Positions 35,978-48,789 of a stretch of 64,000 nucleotides of DNA are shown piece by piece; position 1 is the first letter of the stretch, and every line of letters begins with the position of its first letter. The DNA comes from Mobula hypostoma. Taxonomy: Eukaryota. The notes under the pieces were generated by a model, which worked only from the letters and a program-made list of their open reading frames with translations, did no database searches and had not been told where the DNA came from. The translations under genes and the position numbers were made by a program. The DNA lies in contig NC_086118.1 in assembly GCF_963921235.1 (NCBI RefSeq), positions 24,058,001 through 24,122,000 of the forward strand. Reading direction: 5' to 3'.

Positions 35978-38900
35978 AACATTCCATAGAGTTCTAAGCT
36001 CATTTTAGGGTAAAACTATTACCAGGATTGTGAGTTCCCGACAATTTCCAAGGAAAAAGATACAATAAGGACTGAAAACTTTGATTTTCCTAACTTTTAG
36101 ATGAATGAAACTTCAGTTCAATCTATGGTTTTCAAAGCTCCCCGAAACATTTCCTTACTTTATATCTGAGAGATAGAGTCCAATATTTTTTCCAGATATA
36201 CAAAGTGCATCAGAAGGTCTCTGGTATAGTGGAAAATAATCCAAGGTGGGCTCTGCTTTTATTAAGCCCAATAGCTCACCATTCTTTTTCAATTGTTGGA
36301 TGAGTTAAGAATAGAATATCTAATTTCCTTTACACAGCACTATCACAGAGCTGAGAAAAAATTCTAAGCTGAGGTAATCAATTTTGACAAGTATCCCTGA
36401 AAATTGAACTTACAACCTTCTGGTTAAGAGTTAACCACCTCAGTTACCAGGCCACCCAAATCTAAGAGCTCTGTTCTTCATTACTTAAATCCTGGACAAG
36501 GAACTGAGCACCCTGTTTACACAAAGAAATCAAATTCAATTTGAATCTGCTCAATCCAGTCTCTTGAAAATTTACCTCACCTTTGCCCTTTGCACTGGAC
36601 AACACAAAACAATCTGTGAGACATATGCATTATCATATCAGCCAAAAACTGGAAGCCAGTGGCTATTTGCATACAAGACTCTTTCAAAGAAACTTGCTTC
36701 AAAGTCATTCCGTTAGCAAAAGCCAAAGGTTTTACCCTGATCAGACTTCAGAGGAAATTAATTGGCACTATTTACACTGTGCCTTTTAATTTAAAACAGC
36801 TGCAAAATCAGAATAGATTGGAAAGTGCAGATTTAGTGTAAAGAGTTGATTATTCATATGTCTAGGAAGCTTTAGAGGTCCATTGATTTAATCACTGATG
36901 TGGCTAAATGACACCATAATATCAAATAACTATTCTGAATTAAAACCTATTTTATTTACATGAATTTAACTATTATATCTCATTTCTAGACCTTTTATAA
37001 AAGCTTACATTAAAATATATAACAAAACTATTGCTCCACCCTCTGCTCTCCTTCCAATTTAAATTCAGTAATTTTCCCTTAATTTACATTTGATTACTGA
37101 AGCCATTTTACTGATGCTAATTGGAGACCAGATGGAGTTAATAGGTTGACTCATTTTGAAGATATTACATTGACAATCATTTTGCTTGAGAAGGTATCTG
37201 ACTGTGAAGCCACATTGGCACATTCAGGAAATCAAAAACAAGTATCTTAGAACATGGCAGATTTAAACCAGGTTTTAACATTCAAATATACACTCTTTCA
37301 TGCTTTATTTCAATTTGTTTGTATCACTCTCACAGCATATTCCAGTTCAGAGGAGAGTTGGATATTCACTACCAGATGGTGTAATGTCAGGGGGTACAAA
37401 ATTACATTATAGCAATATTAACTAGGTTGAGAGAGGAATATAACACTTTTCCATTTGTGCTTGAGCCCCAGAGAGCAATATATAAGTAGAAACCTATGAA
37501 CTCCAAGTGCTGCTCTCCTCTTTTACTGTACCTGTGTTCAGCCAGTCCCTATTGAAGGATAAGTAGGCAGAGACCCAGGTTTCCTTGATTTTCTTTCCTG
37601 ATTTGGGAATCCACAAAAAGCCATCAGAACATAGCATTCACCTCTTTTAAATGATCCTGTGTTGTTCAGTAAACTTGTATTTGAAATTCACACAGATTTC
37701 CTATCCAAATCTGCAGCAGCAAATATTAGTGAGTTACTTAAATAGAGTTCAGAAATGAAATCCGGTAGCTTTTGGGAACAGAGTGCCATTGCATAATGTG
37801 AGCTGACTGTGTGCAAAAAGAGAAACAAATGTACTCACACTGATAATGCATGCTTCAGGTTCTACTAAAGCATTTTAAAAATATAATAAATGCTTGTGGC
37901 AACATCAAGTCAATCAAAAATTGTGTGGATGCACCATATTGATTCAGTCATTCAGCAATGTGGTCTTGATGAGCATTATAAGATACCTATTGAAATCTAA
38001 TTTAAAAAGCCAGAATATTAATTATTTATTAAATTTTAAGGACCTAGTTATCCAAAGTAAAAACAAAAAAAAAAGGTTACAGCTATATCTAGCCAACACC
38101 AAGAAAGATCAGAGGAAAATTGATAAACATTGTAACCATTTATGTCTGTGGACAAACACCAGGCATATTCCCCATTCCCTGCTTGTTTCAACAAAGGTGT
38201 GAATTCATATAAGAAGGTTAATGAGATGTGTTTCATTCAGCTAGTGGTGTAGAACTTAAGAAAGATATCCTAGTTCAAATGCTTTGGCAACATTTTACAC
38301 ATGTTCCCGCTATCCACTTTTATCCTAATGATCCCTTCCTTGACTATACTGAGTCCAATCTCTTCATCATTTTAAAACTCTCAATCCTGAACACTGTGGG
38401 CTTCTCCTAAGCAAAAAGCTGTAACATTTGAAGTCTGTCATCCCAAGCAAACGCTAACTAATAAATAGGCTTTATTCTAGTCCTCTCTCCTTCTACCTTC
38501 TTCATAATCCCTTCACTTTTCTCATTATACATGGACTAAGCTGGTACACAGTTCTCCAGATGCAGACATACTAGAGGTTTATTTAACCCCCGAGTCCACT
38601 TGACATTTTGCACTATGGTCCAGCAATTCTCTAACTGACTTTCTGAACACAAAATGGGTGAATGACCCTGCTTAACAAAATGCAGATAAAATAAATGCCA
38701 GAAATATTAGAGAAATTTTTCTGATGGCAGCAACGTAGAGGGATGTAGTGAAAGATAAGTACATGTGCATTTTATCCCTGCAGGTCTCTTCATGCTACAA
38801 GATGTAACAAGAAAAGAAATGGAACATCAGGTTCCGTCATAAAGCAAACTAAAAATTAATCATGATTGCCAGGATGCCCTCGTATTGCAATAAATGAAAA

Positions 38901-39964
38901 ATAAAATGCAGTCATGACGTCAGCCTGTTTAGCACATGTTTCGTAGCTGCAGTGAATACCAAACTTATTTGAAAACCGAGCTCTTAAGGTTATGTGCAGA
39001 TTTGTGATCAGGGTGCTTAAGACACCTTACTGGTGGGGTTATGCCTGTGCACAAGAGTTATGAAGCATGCAAATTGTGATGTCAGCCAATGAACAATATT
39101 GATGTGTGTGAGCTCAGAGCTCCGGTAAAAAAAAAGCCTCTCTTCATCTCACAAATCTGAACACACATTCAGTGGCAAATACCACCTCATCAATGTTTTT
39201 ACAGGGGTTATCAGCCACTCTGGAGTAATTTCTGTTTGATTCTTAATAGCTTTTTTGATGACTGGAAAGCAACATGCACTTGTAGTTTCTTCAGTCAATA
39301 AAGTCTACAAGGATAGTGTGCCATCTGTGGAAGGACATTGTATTGAATAAAAAAAGCCCTGCATTTTCTCAGAGATGAGTACAATGGTGGGCATTAACTT
39401 GGATTTTGACGCAACAGGGAGAAAGAGAGCATGCAGGCAGAAGAGGTTGCTGGAGAAGACAGGAGGAAAGAGAAAGTGATTCAGAATTGTAGGGAGCTTC
39501 ATATCCAGGGAGCTGTTCTAGCTAAACAATAGGGAGGAGCAATATGTAAAAAGTTTGCATTTCTGAAGATCTATCCTGGGCCCCAACATATTGATGCAAT
39601 TACACAGAAGGCACAACAGCAGCTATATTTCATTAAGAGTTCACCACCAAGACTCAAGAAAATTTCTGCAGACAACCTGTGGAGAGCATTCACGCTGGTT
39701 GCATCACCATCTGGTATGGAGTGACCATTGCACAGAATTGGAAAAACCTGCAGAAAGTTGCAAACTCAAATAGCTCCACCATCATCACTGTCCTCCACAG
39801 CACCAAGGTCATCTTCAAAAAGCAATACCTCAGAAAGGGGGCATCCGTCATTAAGGAACCTCATCATCTAGGACACGCCTGAAGACATACACTCAACATT
39901 TTAGGAGCAAATTCTTCTCTTCCTCCATCAGGTATCTGAATGGATAATAAACCCATGTACACAA

Positions 39965-41220
39965 CACTTGCTCTGGATCTTTTCAATGATTTCAAGTTCC
40001 CTGGCCCCGAGCACCTTATTTTCACCGTGAATGGCCTGTTGCTATACACCTCCATCACCCACCAGAAAGGCCTCATAGCTCTCTGTTTCTTTCAGGACAC
40101 CAGACCCAACCAGTTCCCGTTCACCACCACTCTCCTCCATCTAGTGTAACTTGTCCTCACTCTCGATAATTTCTCCTTTGGCACCTCCCACTTCCTTCAA
40201 ACAAAAGGTGCACCCATGGGCACTTGAATGGGTCCCAGCTATGCCTGCCTTTTTGTCGGCTACATGGAATAGACTATGTTCCAAGCCTACACTGGTGTCA
40301 CTCCCACACTTCTGCTACACTACATTGACGACTGCAACCGTGCTGCTTCCTGCACCCATGTGGAGCTCATCGACTTCTTCAACTTTACTCCACTTGTACC
40401 CTCCTCCATTTCCGACACCTCCCTCCCCTTTCTTGATCTCCCTGTCCCTATCTCCAGAGACAGCTTATCTACTGATATCTATTATAAACCCACCGACTCT
40501 CACAGCTACCTCAATTACACCTCTTCAACCATATCTGCTATCAGGATGAGGCTTTACATTCCAGAATGAAGAAGATGTCCTTTCTTCAAAGAAAGGGGCT
40601 TCCTTTCCTCCATCATCAACACTGTCCTCAACCACATCTCTTCCATTTCACACATGTCTGCCCTCACTCCATCCCCCCGCCACCTCACCAGGGATAGGGT
40701 TCCTCTTATCCTCACTTCCCACACCACCAGCCTCCGCATCAGGCTCATAATTCTCCATAACCTCCACCTTCTCCAACAGGACCTCACCACCAAGTACATC
40801 TTTCCCACCCCCCCCCCACTTTCTGCTTTTCAGTAATGGCCACCCCACCCTTCATCATCCCCTATTCTGCACTCTCTGCTGCTCCTCCCACTTTTTATTC
40901 TTCCATGACCTTCTGACCTCTCCTGTTAGATTCCCCCTTCTCCAGCAATCAACTTCCCAGCTCTTTACTTCACCCTTCCCCCCCACCCCCCACTCCTGGT
41001 TTCACCTATCACCCTGTGTTTCTTCCTCCCCTCCTCCCACCTTCTAACTTTGACGCCTCATCTTTTTTTCCCTCCAGCCCTGAGGAAGGGTCTCAGCCTG
41101 AAACATCGACTGTTCTCTTTTCCATAGACGTTGCCTGGCCAGTTGAGTACATGTACCTCCAGGGTTTTCAGTATGTAGCTTGGATTTCCAGAATTTGCAG
41201 ATTTTCTCTTGTTTGTGATT
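39965..41220 (+). mobile_element. Penelope-like element (RT remnant plus pseudo-LTR)
   Basis: LYTSITH..GL.AL, FLQTKGAPMGT.MGPSYACLFVG, YIDDC, LPFLDL..STDIYYKPTDSHSYL; ends in the hammerhead-bearing repeat (cctgaggaagggtctcagcctgaaacatcgactg). Confidence 0.9.
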
Positions 41221-41281
41221 ACACCAGCTCACTATTCTTTTTTCTCTCTTTTTGCACTACTTATTTAATTTAATTTAAATG

Positions 41282-44186
41282 CAATGGATTCCACTTAATT
41301 AGGGCAACCACTTATTTGGGACAACTGTTAAAAACAGAAACTAATTGTGAAAATTGACAGGATTCCTTTTGTTTGTTTGGGAGAGAGTGCCACTTATTGG
41401 AGGAGACCATTGTTGAACAGGTTCTAACTAGCGTTAGTGTACACACTTGTTAGATGCTACACCATACTTAGTGTGAATAGCTTTTAAATAGGGTCGGTTG
41501 CAATGATTTTTGTCACTGATAGTTGGCAAGAAATAAGCACAAAGGCAATTCCAAACTGCTTTGCTCACTATGATTTCAAGCATTCAGGCTTGAAGATGCC
41601 AGAAATGGCCAGCCAGCAGTGAAAATCAAACAATTTCACAATTTCAACAAATTAGGAACTATGAAGAACTTGATGGTATCAACAATCATCTTGAATGTTA
41701 CAATGAAAATGAAGATTTGGAGAATATAACCATTGATGGCATTTTATTGAGGCAGTCCATTAGAGTCATAGAAATGTACAGCACAGAAACAGGCCCTTCA
41801 GTCCATCTATTCCATGCCAAACAATTTAAACTGCTTACTCCCATTGACCTACACTGGGACCATAGCCCTCCATATTGCTACCACACATGTACCTATCCAA
41901 CTAATGCACACAGAAATGTAGGAGGAACTCAACAGACCAGACAGCATCTCTTGAAAAGAGTAAAGAGTTGATGTTTTGCGGTGAAACCCTTCGTAAACTT
42001 CTCTTAAACATTGAAATCAAGCTTGCATGCATCACCCGTACTGTCAGCTTGTTCCACACTCTCACAACCCTCTGAGTGAAGAAGTTTCCGTTCATGTTTC
42101 CCTTAAACTTTTAGCATTTCATCCTTAACCCATGACCTCTAGTTATAGTCCCATGCAACCTCAGTGGAAAAAGCCTGCTTGTATTTACCGTATCTATATC
42201 CCTCATAATTTCGTATCTCTTTCAAATCTCCCCACAATCTTTTATATTCCAAGGAATAAAGTCCTAACCCATTCAATCTTTCCTTATAACTCAGGTCCTC
42301 CAGTTCCAGCAATATCCTTGTAAATTTTCTCTGTACTCTTTCAACCTTATTTACAATTTTCCTGTAGGTAAGTGACCAAAACTGCACACAATACTGCAAA
42401 TTAGGTCTCGCCAATGACTTATATAACTTCAGCACAAGATCCCATCTCCTATACTCAATACTTTGATATATGAAGGCCAATGTGCCAAAAGCTTTCTTTA
42501 TGACCATACCTACCTATGATTTCACATTCAATGAATTACAGACCTCTATTCCCAGATCTCTGCTCGGCAGCACTTCTCAGTGCCCTATCATTCCTTGTGT
42601 AAGACCTACCCTGGTTGGTCCTACCAAAGTACAACACCTCGTACTTGTCTGCATTAAGTTCCATTTTCCGTTTTAAAGCACATTTTTCTATCTGAGTCAG
42701 ATCCTGGTGCAAGCTTTGATAGTCTTTCTCGGTGTCTACTGCACCCCTCGTCTTGGTGTCATCCACAAATTTTCTGATCTTGTCATTGATATAGATGGCA
42801 AACAGTAAGGGACCTAGCACTGATCATTGCAGAATTCCACTAGTCACAGGTTTCCAGTCAGACAGGCAACCATTTACTACCACTCTCTGGCCTCTCCCAC
42901 AAAGCCAATGTCTAATCCAATTTACTACCTGATCTTGAATGCCAAGCAACTGAATTTTCTTGACTAACCTTGTCAAATGCCTTGCTAAAATTTACGTAGA
43001 CAACATCAACTGCCATGCCTTCATCAACTTTCCTGGTAACTTCCTTGGAAGACTCTATAAATTTGGTTAGACTCAACCTACCATGCATGAAGCAATGCTG
43101 ACTATCCCAAATCAGTCCATGTCTATCCAAGTACTCACAGGTCCCATAGAATACCTTCCAATAACTTTCCCACTACTGATGTAAGGCTCACCAGCCTATT
43201 ACATCCTTGTTTATTCTTAGACCCTTTCTTAAACAACAGAACAACATTAGCTATCCTCCAGTCGTCTGGTACCTCACCTGCCACTAAGTATGATCTAAAT
43301 ATCTTTGTTTGAACCCCTGTAATTTCTGCACTTGCCCCCACCCCTCCATAGGATCACCTTATCTGGTCCTTGGGGATTTATCCACATTAATTTGCTTCTA
43401 GACAACAAAGACCCCCTCCTCTGTAATCTGTATAGGATCCATGAAGATGATGTTGCTTTGCCTCACATCTATAGACACTGTGTCCACCTCCTGAGTAAAT
43501 ACATGCAACAAAATCCATTTAAAATCTCCGCCTTCTCTTTTGGCTCTACACATGGATTACCATTCTAATCTCCCAGAGGACCAATTTTCTCCGTCCAATC
43601 CTTTTGCTCTTAACATATCTGTTGAATCCCTTAGAATTCACCTTCACCTTGTCTGCCAGGGTAAACTCATGCCTTCTTTTAGCCCCACTGATTTCTTTCT
43701 TAGCTTTTCTCTTGCATTCCTTATACTCAATAAGTACCTCATTTAACTGTTACGCACCTTTTTTCTTAATCAGAGCCTCTATATCTCGTAGAAAACCAAG
43801 ATTCCCTAAACCTGTTATCTTCACCTTTTATTAACACTTTTGAAGGCCTCCCACTTACCAAGTACACCTTTGCAAGAAAACAGCTTGTTGCAATCCACAC
43901 TTATCATTATCTGCACTAGGTGTATGTGCTGATTTTGTTAATTGTGTACACTGGATGAATTCCTCCATCGATAACTATTAGGGACTAATACAAGCCTTAT
44001 GATACAGTTGTACTATAGGTGGTGTTCGAAGTTGTTCTGTATTCATTTAAATACACAATGTGTTATTCAGTTTGCCTTTTTTATAGCTTTTTAACTATCT
44101 CCACAAAACTTTGGCTAATTGGGCAGCTGCTTAATTGAACCAAAATGGACTGATCCTGATGTGTCCCAATTAACCAGACTCCACTG
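41282..44186 (+). mobile_element. pogo/Tigger-type MITE split by a CR1 insertion
   Basis: TIRs caatggattccacttaattagggc / gtcccaattaaccagactccactg; the body is the reverse complement of 55574-56404. Confidence 0.85.
41763..43904 (-). mobile_element. CR1 LINE fragment
   Basis: VPDDWRIANVV, FSKAFDKV, LGPLLFAIYIND..KFVDDTK, LYKSLARPNLQYCVQFWS; TSD catta (41758-41762 and 43905-43909); contains a Penelope pseudo-LTR piece at 41903-41993. Confidence 0.92.
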
Positions 44187-45318
44187 TGAGTAAATTTATT
44201 TATTTATTTATTGTTGTAATTTATAGTTTTTTTAAAATGTATTGCACTCTACTACTGCCACAAAACAATAGATTTCATGACATATGCCAGTGATATAAAC
44301 CGATTCTGATTCTTTAGATATAATATCCTCAGCAAAATCTTCGACAATACAAAAGTAATACAATACATTGACCACATTGACAGTGAGAGTCAAGAATTTT
44401 ATTCCATCTTACTCCTTCCAGCTACAGTTGTAGCTATTGGCTTCATTTTGCAGGTTGATGCTATTTGTTAGAACAGCCACTAGAGCTCACTGCCCAAAGC
44501 CTGCTGCCCTCCTTTCACCCTCTGCTGCAGGAGATTAGTGGGCACAGTCAGCATATGATTTTACCAAGGTTTTCACCTACCTTTACCCTCTTCATGGCAC
44601 AGGTATCATTTATCTTAAATGTGTCTTTGATAATTTGATAAAATTGGATCAGCCATGATGAAATGGAGGAGCAGACCTGATAGGCCAAATGACCAAATTC
44701 CATGCCTATATCTTATGGTGTTATGGTCTTATAGTCTAATGCAACTCCAGAACCAAAAGGAATTACAGTATCACAACTGATGGGTCTCACACATCAAGCT
44801 GGATGATACCCAATATCCTGGCCCCAGTCACTGCAGAAGACTGTTCCATTTGTATCTGAACAAGTAAGGCCCAAGGTGAACTGGGGTGATCAAGGCTAAT
44901 TGCTGACAACATGGTTCACAGACCTGATGCACGATTGAGCAGCAAGTGAACAACAAACACCATGCTATTACGTAAATGTGATGGAACAGATCCTTGATAT
45001 TGTTCAAACAATGATTCTGTTCTCTGGTTGACTCTGGTTGTGCACTGCCAAACTCAGTGGCCTGGTCTTGTGTTGGAGAGCCTTGGCATCAAGGGACCTG
45101 GTTCATTGGTAATCACTCAAAGGAGTCACAACCCAGGTTACCTTTTGCAAAATCCTGATCAATACTTAATGTGTGTAGGTTCACTACACCCGTACAATCT
45201 TCAGGAATACATCTTGCAACCTGCACAGACAGTCAACTACTTTAGTTCACAAGAAGTATCAACAAATATCACATTGGCCCTGCCATTCAATATAAATATA
45301 GTAGATATTTTACTTCAG

Positions 45319-45620
45319 TAACACGCACAAAATGCTGGAGGAACTCAGTAGGTCAGGCAGCTGTTGATTTTTGTTCATTTGGGCTATGTCAGTATTTAAT
45401 TGGAATGTGCACTTTCCCTTGTTAAGGGCATCCGGGTGAGGGGGGTAAAGGGGGATATTGTGGGTATAAAGTTGGAGGCCTTCATGTATTGAAGTGAAAT
45501 GATGAAAGCAAAGTTGTTTAAACAAAAGAGAAACTTGTTTTTGTTGTTTGAGCGTTATTAGCATCATTCATGAAGGGTAAAGAACAGACAACATTTTGGG
45601 CCAAGAACCCCCATCAGAAC
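45319..45620 (-). mobile_element. Penelope pseudo-LTR fragment interrupted by a 204-bp insert
   Basis: aacacgcacaaaatgctggaggaactcagtaggtcaggcagc | attcatgaaggg...aacattttgggccaagaacccccatcagaac. Confidence 0.8.
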
Positions 45621-46271
45621 TTATATATCATTGACAAATTCCTGAACCTATTCCATATGCCCAGATTTTCTTAGTTCTTAAGGTTATCTGTCTTTAACAT
45701 TTTCAACAAATGAACCCCTACAGCTGAGTTCCATCACAAATTCCAAATTCCCCCACCCTACAGGTAGTCCTATTGGTTGATCACTTATCTTCTATATTTT
45801 TATTTTGCAAAGTGAAATGACAGTAGCACCTACAGCATCTCCAAAAACTAAAAAGAACATCTTTATACCACAAGAGGATGAATTGATGTCTTGTTCCCGG
45901 ATAAAGAAATGGACATTGCAAGCAAATAAGACCAGCCTGGTTGGGCATCTTGGTCAGCATGGACACGTCAGGCCAAAAGGCTTCTTTCTAAGCTCTAACA
46001 TTCCATGACTTTACCAATTCATTGTGAGTAAGGTGCAGAACTTGATTTTCTGTGATATTATCCGTTATGGCTGGATTGAAGGACAGATTTGACATATTTT
46101 AAATGGTGTATTTACTGACAGTGTTCTATAAACCATTGTTAATAGCTGTTGGCTATGCCTTAGGCCCTATAGGAACAGGGGAAAGTTCAGCAACTTATCC
46201 CAATATAAGTTTGGTAATATCTCTGGGAAAGTGCCTTGAGTGGAAGATAGCTATAAATAATGTGTATTAGA

Positions 46272-46542
46272 GGAGCATGGTAGCATAGTTGTTAGCACGA
46301 CACTTTACAGTACAGGCAACCTGGGTTCAATTCCCACTGTTTCCCGTAAGGAGTTTGCACGTTCTCCTTTTGACTGCATGGGTTTCCTTTGGGTGTTCTG
46401 GATTCCTTCCACAGTCCAAAGACATACCAGTTGGTAGGTTTATTGGTCATTGTAAACTCTCCCGTGATTAGGCTAGGACTAAATTGTGAGATGCTGGGTG
46501 ACATGGCTTAAAGGGCCAGAAAGGTTGTATCTCAATAAAAAA
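46272..46542 (+). mobile_element. tRNA-derived V-SINE
   Basis: Box A-like tagcatagttgttagc, box B-like gggttcaattccc, V-domain gtaaggagtttgcacgttctcc...ccacagtccaaagac; homologous to 21738-22000. Confidence 0.88.
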
Positions 46543-46679
46543 TATAGTCACATCAGCATGCACCAGAACACTGATTTTCTAGGCAGTTGTTACAACATGC
46601 AGCCTGTTATAAAAATATGTCCTGCTGCTGTATGATGCAATTTAAGAAGAATACACATAATTTCAGAATAAAATTCTAG

Positions 46680-46966
46680 AGGAGGAGGAGGGTTGGTGCC
46701 TTTGGGGGAGGAAGTGTGGAAGGGGAGAGGAGGGGGGTTGGTGCTTTTGGGGGAGAAAGTGTGGAAGGCGAGAGGAGGGGGGGTTGATGTTTTTGCTGTT
46801 GCCTGTGTGGGGTGAGGGAGAGTGTCTTTGAAGTTCTGCCATTTCTATCATTCATTCTTTGGGATTTTTCTGTTTCGTGGACATCTGCGAAGAGTAAGAA
46901 TTTCAGGTTGTGTACTGTAAACATTTTCTGATATTAAATTGAACCATTGATTGACTATAACCATTG
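46680..46966 (+). mobile_element. Short retroelement 3' end with (ACCATTG) tail and an internal ~46-bp tandem duplication
   Basis: Homologous to 57820-57980 (tctgtttcgtggacatctgcgaagagtaagaatttcaggttg...ctgatattaaatt); ggttggtgcctttgggggaggaagtgtggaagggagagg occurs twice. Confidence 0.6.
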
Positions 46967-47687
46967 TAGGCTATTTGTAAGACCACATTCTCCTTTCAGA
47001 GGGCATAAAACATCTAAGAGTAAATTCCCCCTTCTATCTCCACCCTAAAACATAGTCAACATTAGCGGGGGGGGGTGGGGGTGGTGCAGAAATTTAGGAG
47101 TTATGTTTTTCTGATTTGGTTTCTGCTGATCATATCTACCTTGGCACTACCTCACTCGCACACAGAAGTCAATTGCCTGAATCCCGAATGAATGCAATTC
47201 AGGGGCTGAAACAATTCATGTGATTTTGTAACATATTAGAGCATCCCTGAATGTGCTCAGACATGAAGTATTCAATTTAACTCTTTCTTTTCAGAGAGCC
47301 CTGCTTGAAGTTTTAACTGACTGGTTTTCCCACAGCAGCTTCCATGATTTTGGAGGCTCCCTGATATCCTGTTTGCCTCCATGCAACAGCAAGAGAGGTT
47401 GTTTAACAGCGCTGTTGGGTTTAATTCTCTGTGTAGTATGCTGGCTAATGTACTTTCATCTAATTCCTGTGTGTACTATTTCAACTGAACCATTAAAGTG
47501 TTTATTATAAACAGGTTAATGACTGCATTAATATAGCACTCAAAAATTTTATGCAAACATGAACTAGCGTATGACCAAATACAGTTGAACTATTACATTG
47601 TGTAGAAAATAAAAGGAATGCATTTATTGGCCTAATATTGAAATATCATCATAGAAGACCATGGTGGTTATTATAACATCACCATAA

Positions 47688-48215
47688 GGGGGAATAGTGG
47701 GGATAAGCTCCTACTACCTACTAAATGCTCCCAAAGCGAATATCCTCTGACAACTTAGTCCAGCTCCTGCCCTTCATGTGTGGCTTCCTGGCAGAAGCAT
47801 TTCTATTGATAAGAGAAGGTACACAGGCCAGTAACTGGCACCTCAAAACCAGCCCCTTTGGGCAGATGAGGATCATCGGCCATGGTTGGTAGTTCATCTT
47901 GGAGAAGGAAAACTGATCTCCAACCTCCCTCTGCTGCTTTTAGGCTCTACCCACTTGTGGGGATGGCTTCAGGAGTAAACTCTGAGGAAAAGTCTGGAGC
48001 TGGAGTCCTACGCTGAGTTTAACACTGACCGGCAACTCCTGCGACACCACTGGTGCCAAACTGTATCGGTCTCTGCCGTTCCTTTGGATGTCTCGGTTGC
48101 ATGGAGACGGGGAACCTGCTGCAAGGGCAACAGCTCGCTCTCCATTTAATACTGTCCTGGCTTGCAGACTAGCTCATGTAGACAATTAGGATGCAACATC
48201 CCTGGAGGGCCTACT
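47688..48215 (+). mobile_element. Non-coding RTE-derived non-autonomous element
   Basis: Starts with hairpin tagtgggga..tcctacta; its 3' part (gcgacaccactggtgccaaactgtat...ttggat) is shared with the SINE at 52047-52357. Confidence 0.55.
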
Positions 48216-48264
48216 ACATAATATTTAAAGACCTAGAAGTTACTTGCACTTCCTTAATTTTCCA

Positions 48265-48775
48265 AAGATCATAAGGCAATAAGACACAGGAGCTGAATTA
48301 GGCCATTCGGCCCATTGAGTGTGCTCTGTCATTCCATCATGACTGATTTATTATCTCTCTCAACTTCATTTTCTTGCCGTCTCTCCATAATCTTTGATGT
48401 CCTTACTAATCAAGAACCCATCAACCTCTGCTTTAAATATGTCCAATGACCTGACCTCCTCAGCTATCTGCCAATGAATTCCACAGGTTCACCACCATCT
48501 AGGTAAAGAAATTCTTCCTCTTCGCTGTTCTAAAGGAATGTCCTAGTATTCTGAGGCTGTGCCTTCTGGTCCCAGACTCCCCCACTTAGGAAACATCCTC
48601 TCCATGTCCACTCTATTTAGTCCTGACGAAGGGTCTCGGCCGGAAACGTCAACTGTACCTCTTCCTAGAGATGCTGCCTGGCCTGCTGCAAATTTCACCA
48701 GCAAATTTGATGTGTGTTTTCAACATTCAATAGGTTTCAATGAAATATTCCCTTGTTCTTCTAAACTCCTTTAGC
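48265..48775 (-). mobile_element. CR1 3' end with inserted Penelope pseudo-LTR (48618-48718, plus strand)
   Basis: CR1 3' UTR ggccattcggcccattgag...; insert agtcCTGACGAagggtctcggccgGAAACGTCaactg. Confidence 0.85.
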
Positions 48776-48789
48776 AGACTGTTGCCTTT

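Larger units (their letters stand above)
39570..44313 (+). mobile_element. Rex1/Babar-type LINE 3' end split by nested insertions
   Basis: Pieces 39570-39962, 41220-41281 and 44187-44313 join into one 3' end (ESIHAGCITIWYG; tail gatataaaccgattctgattct). Confidence 0.75.
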
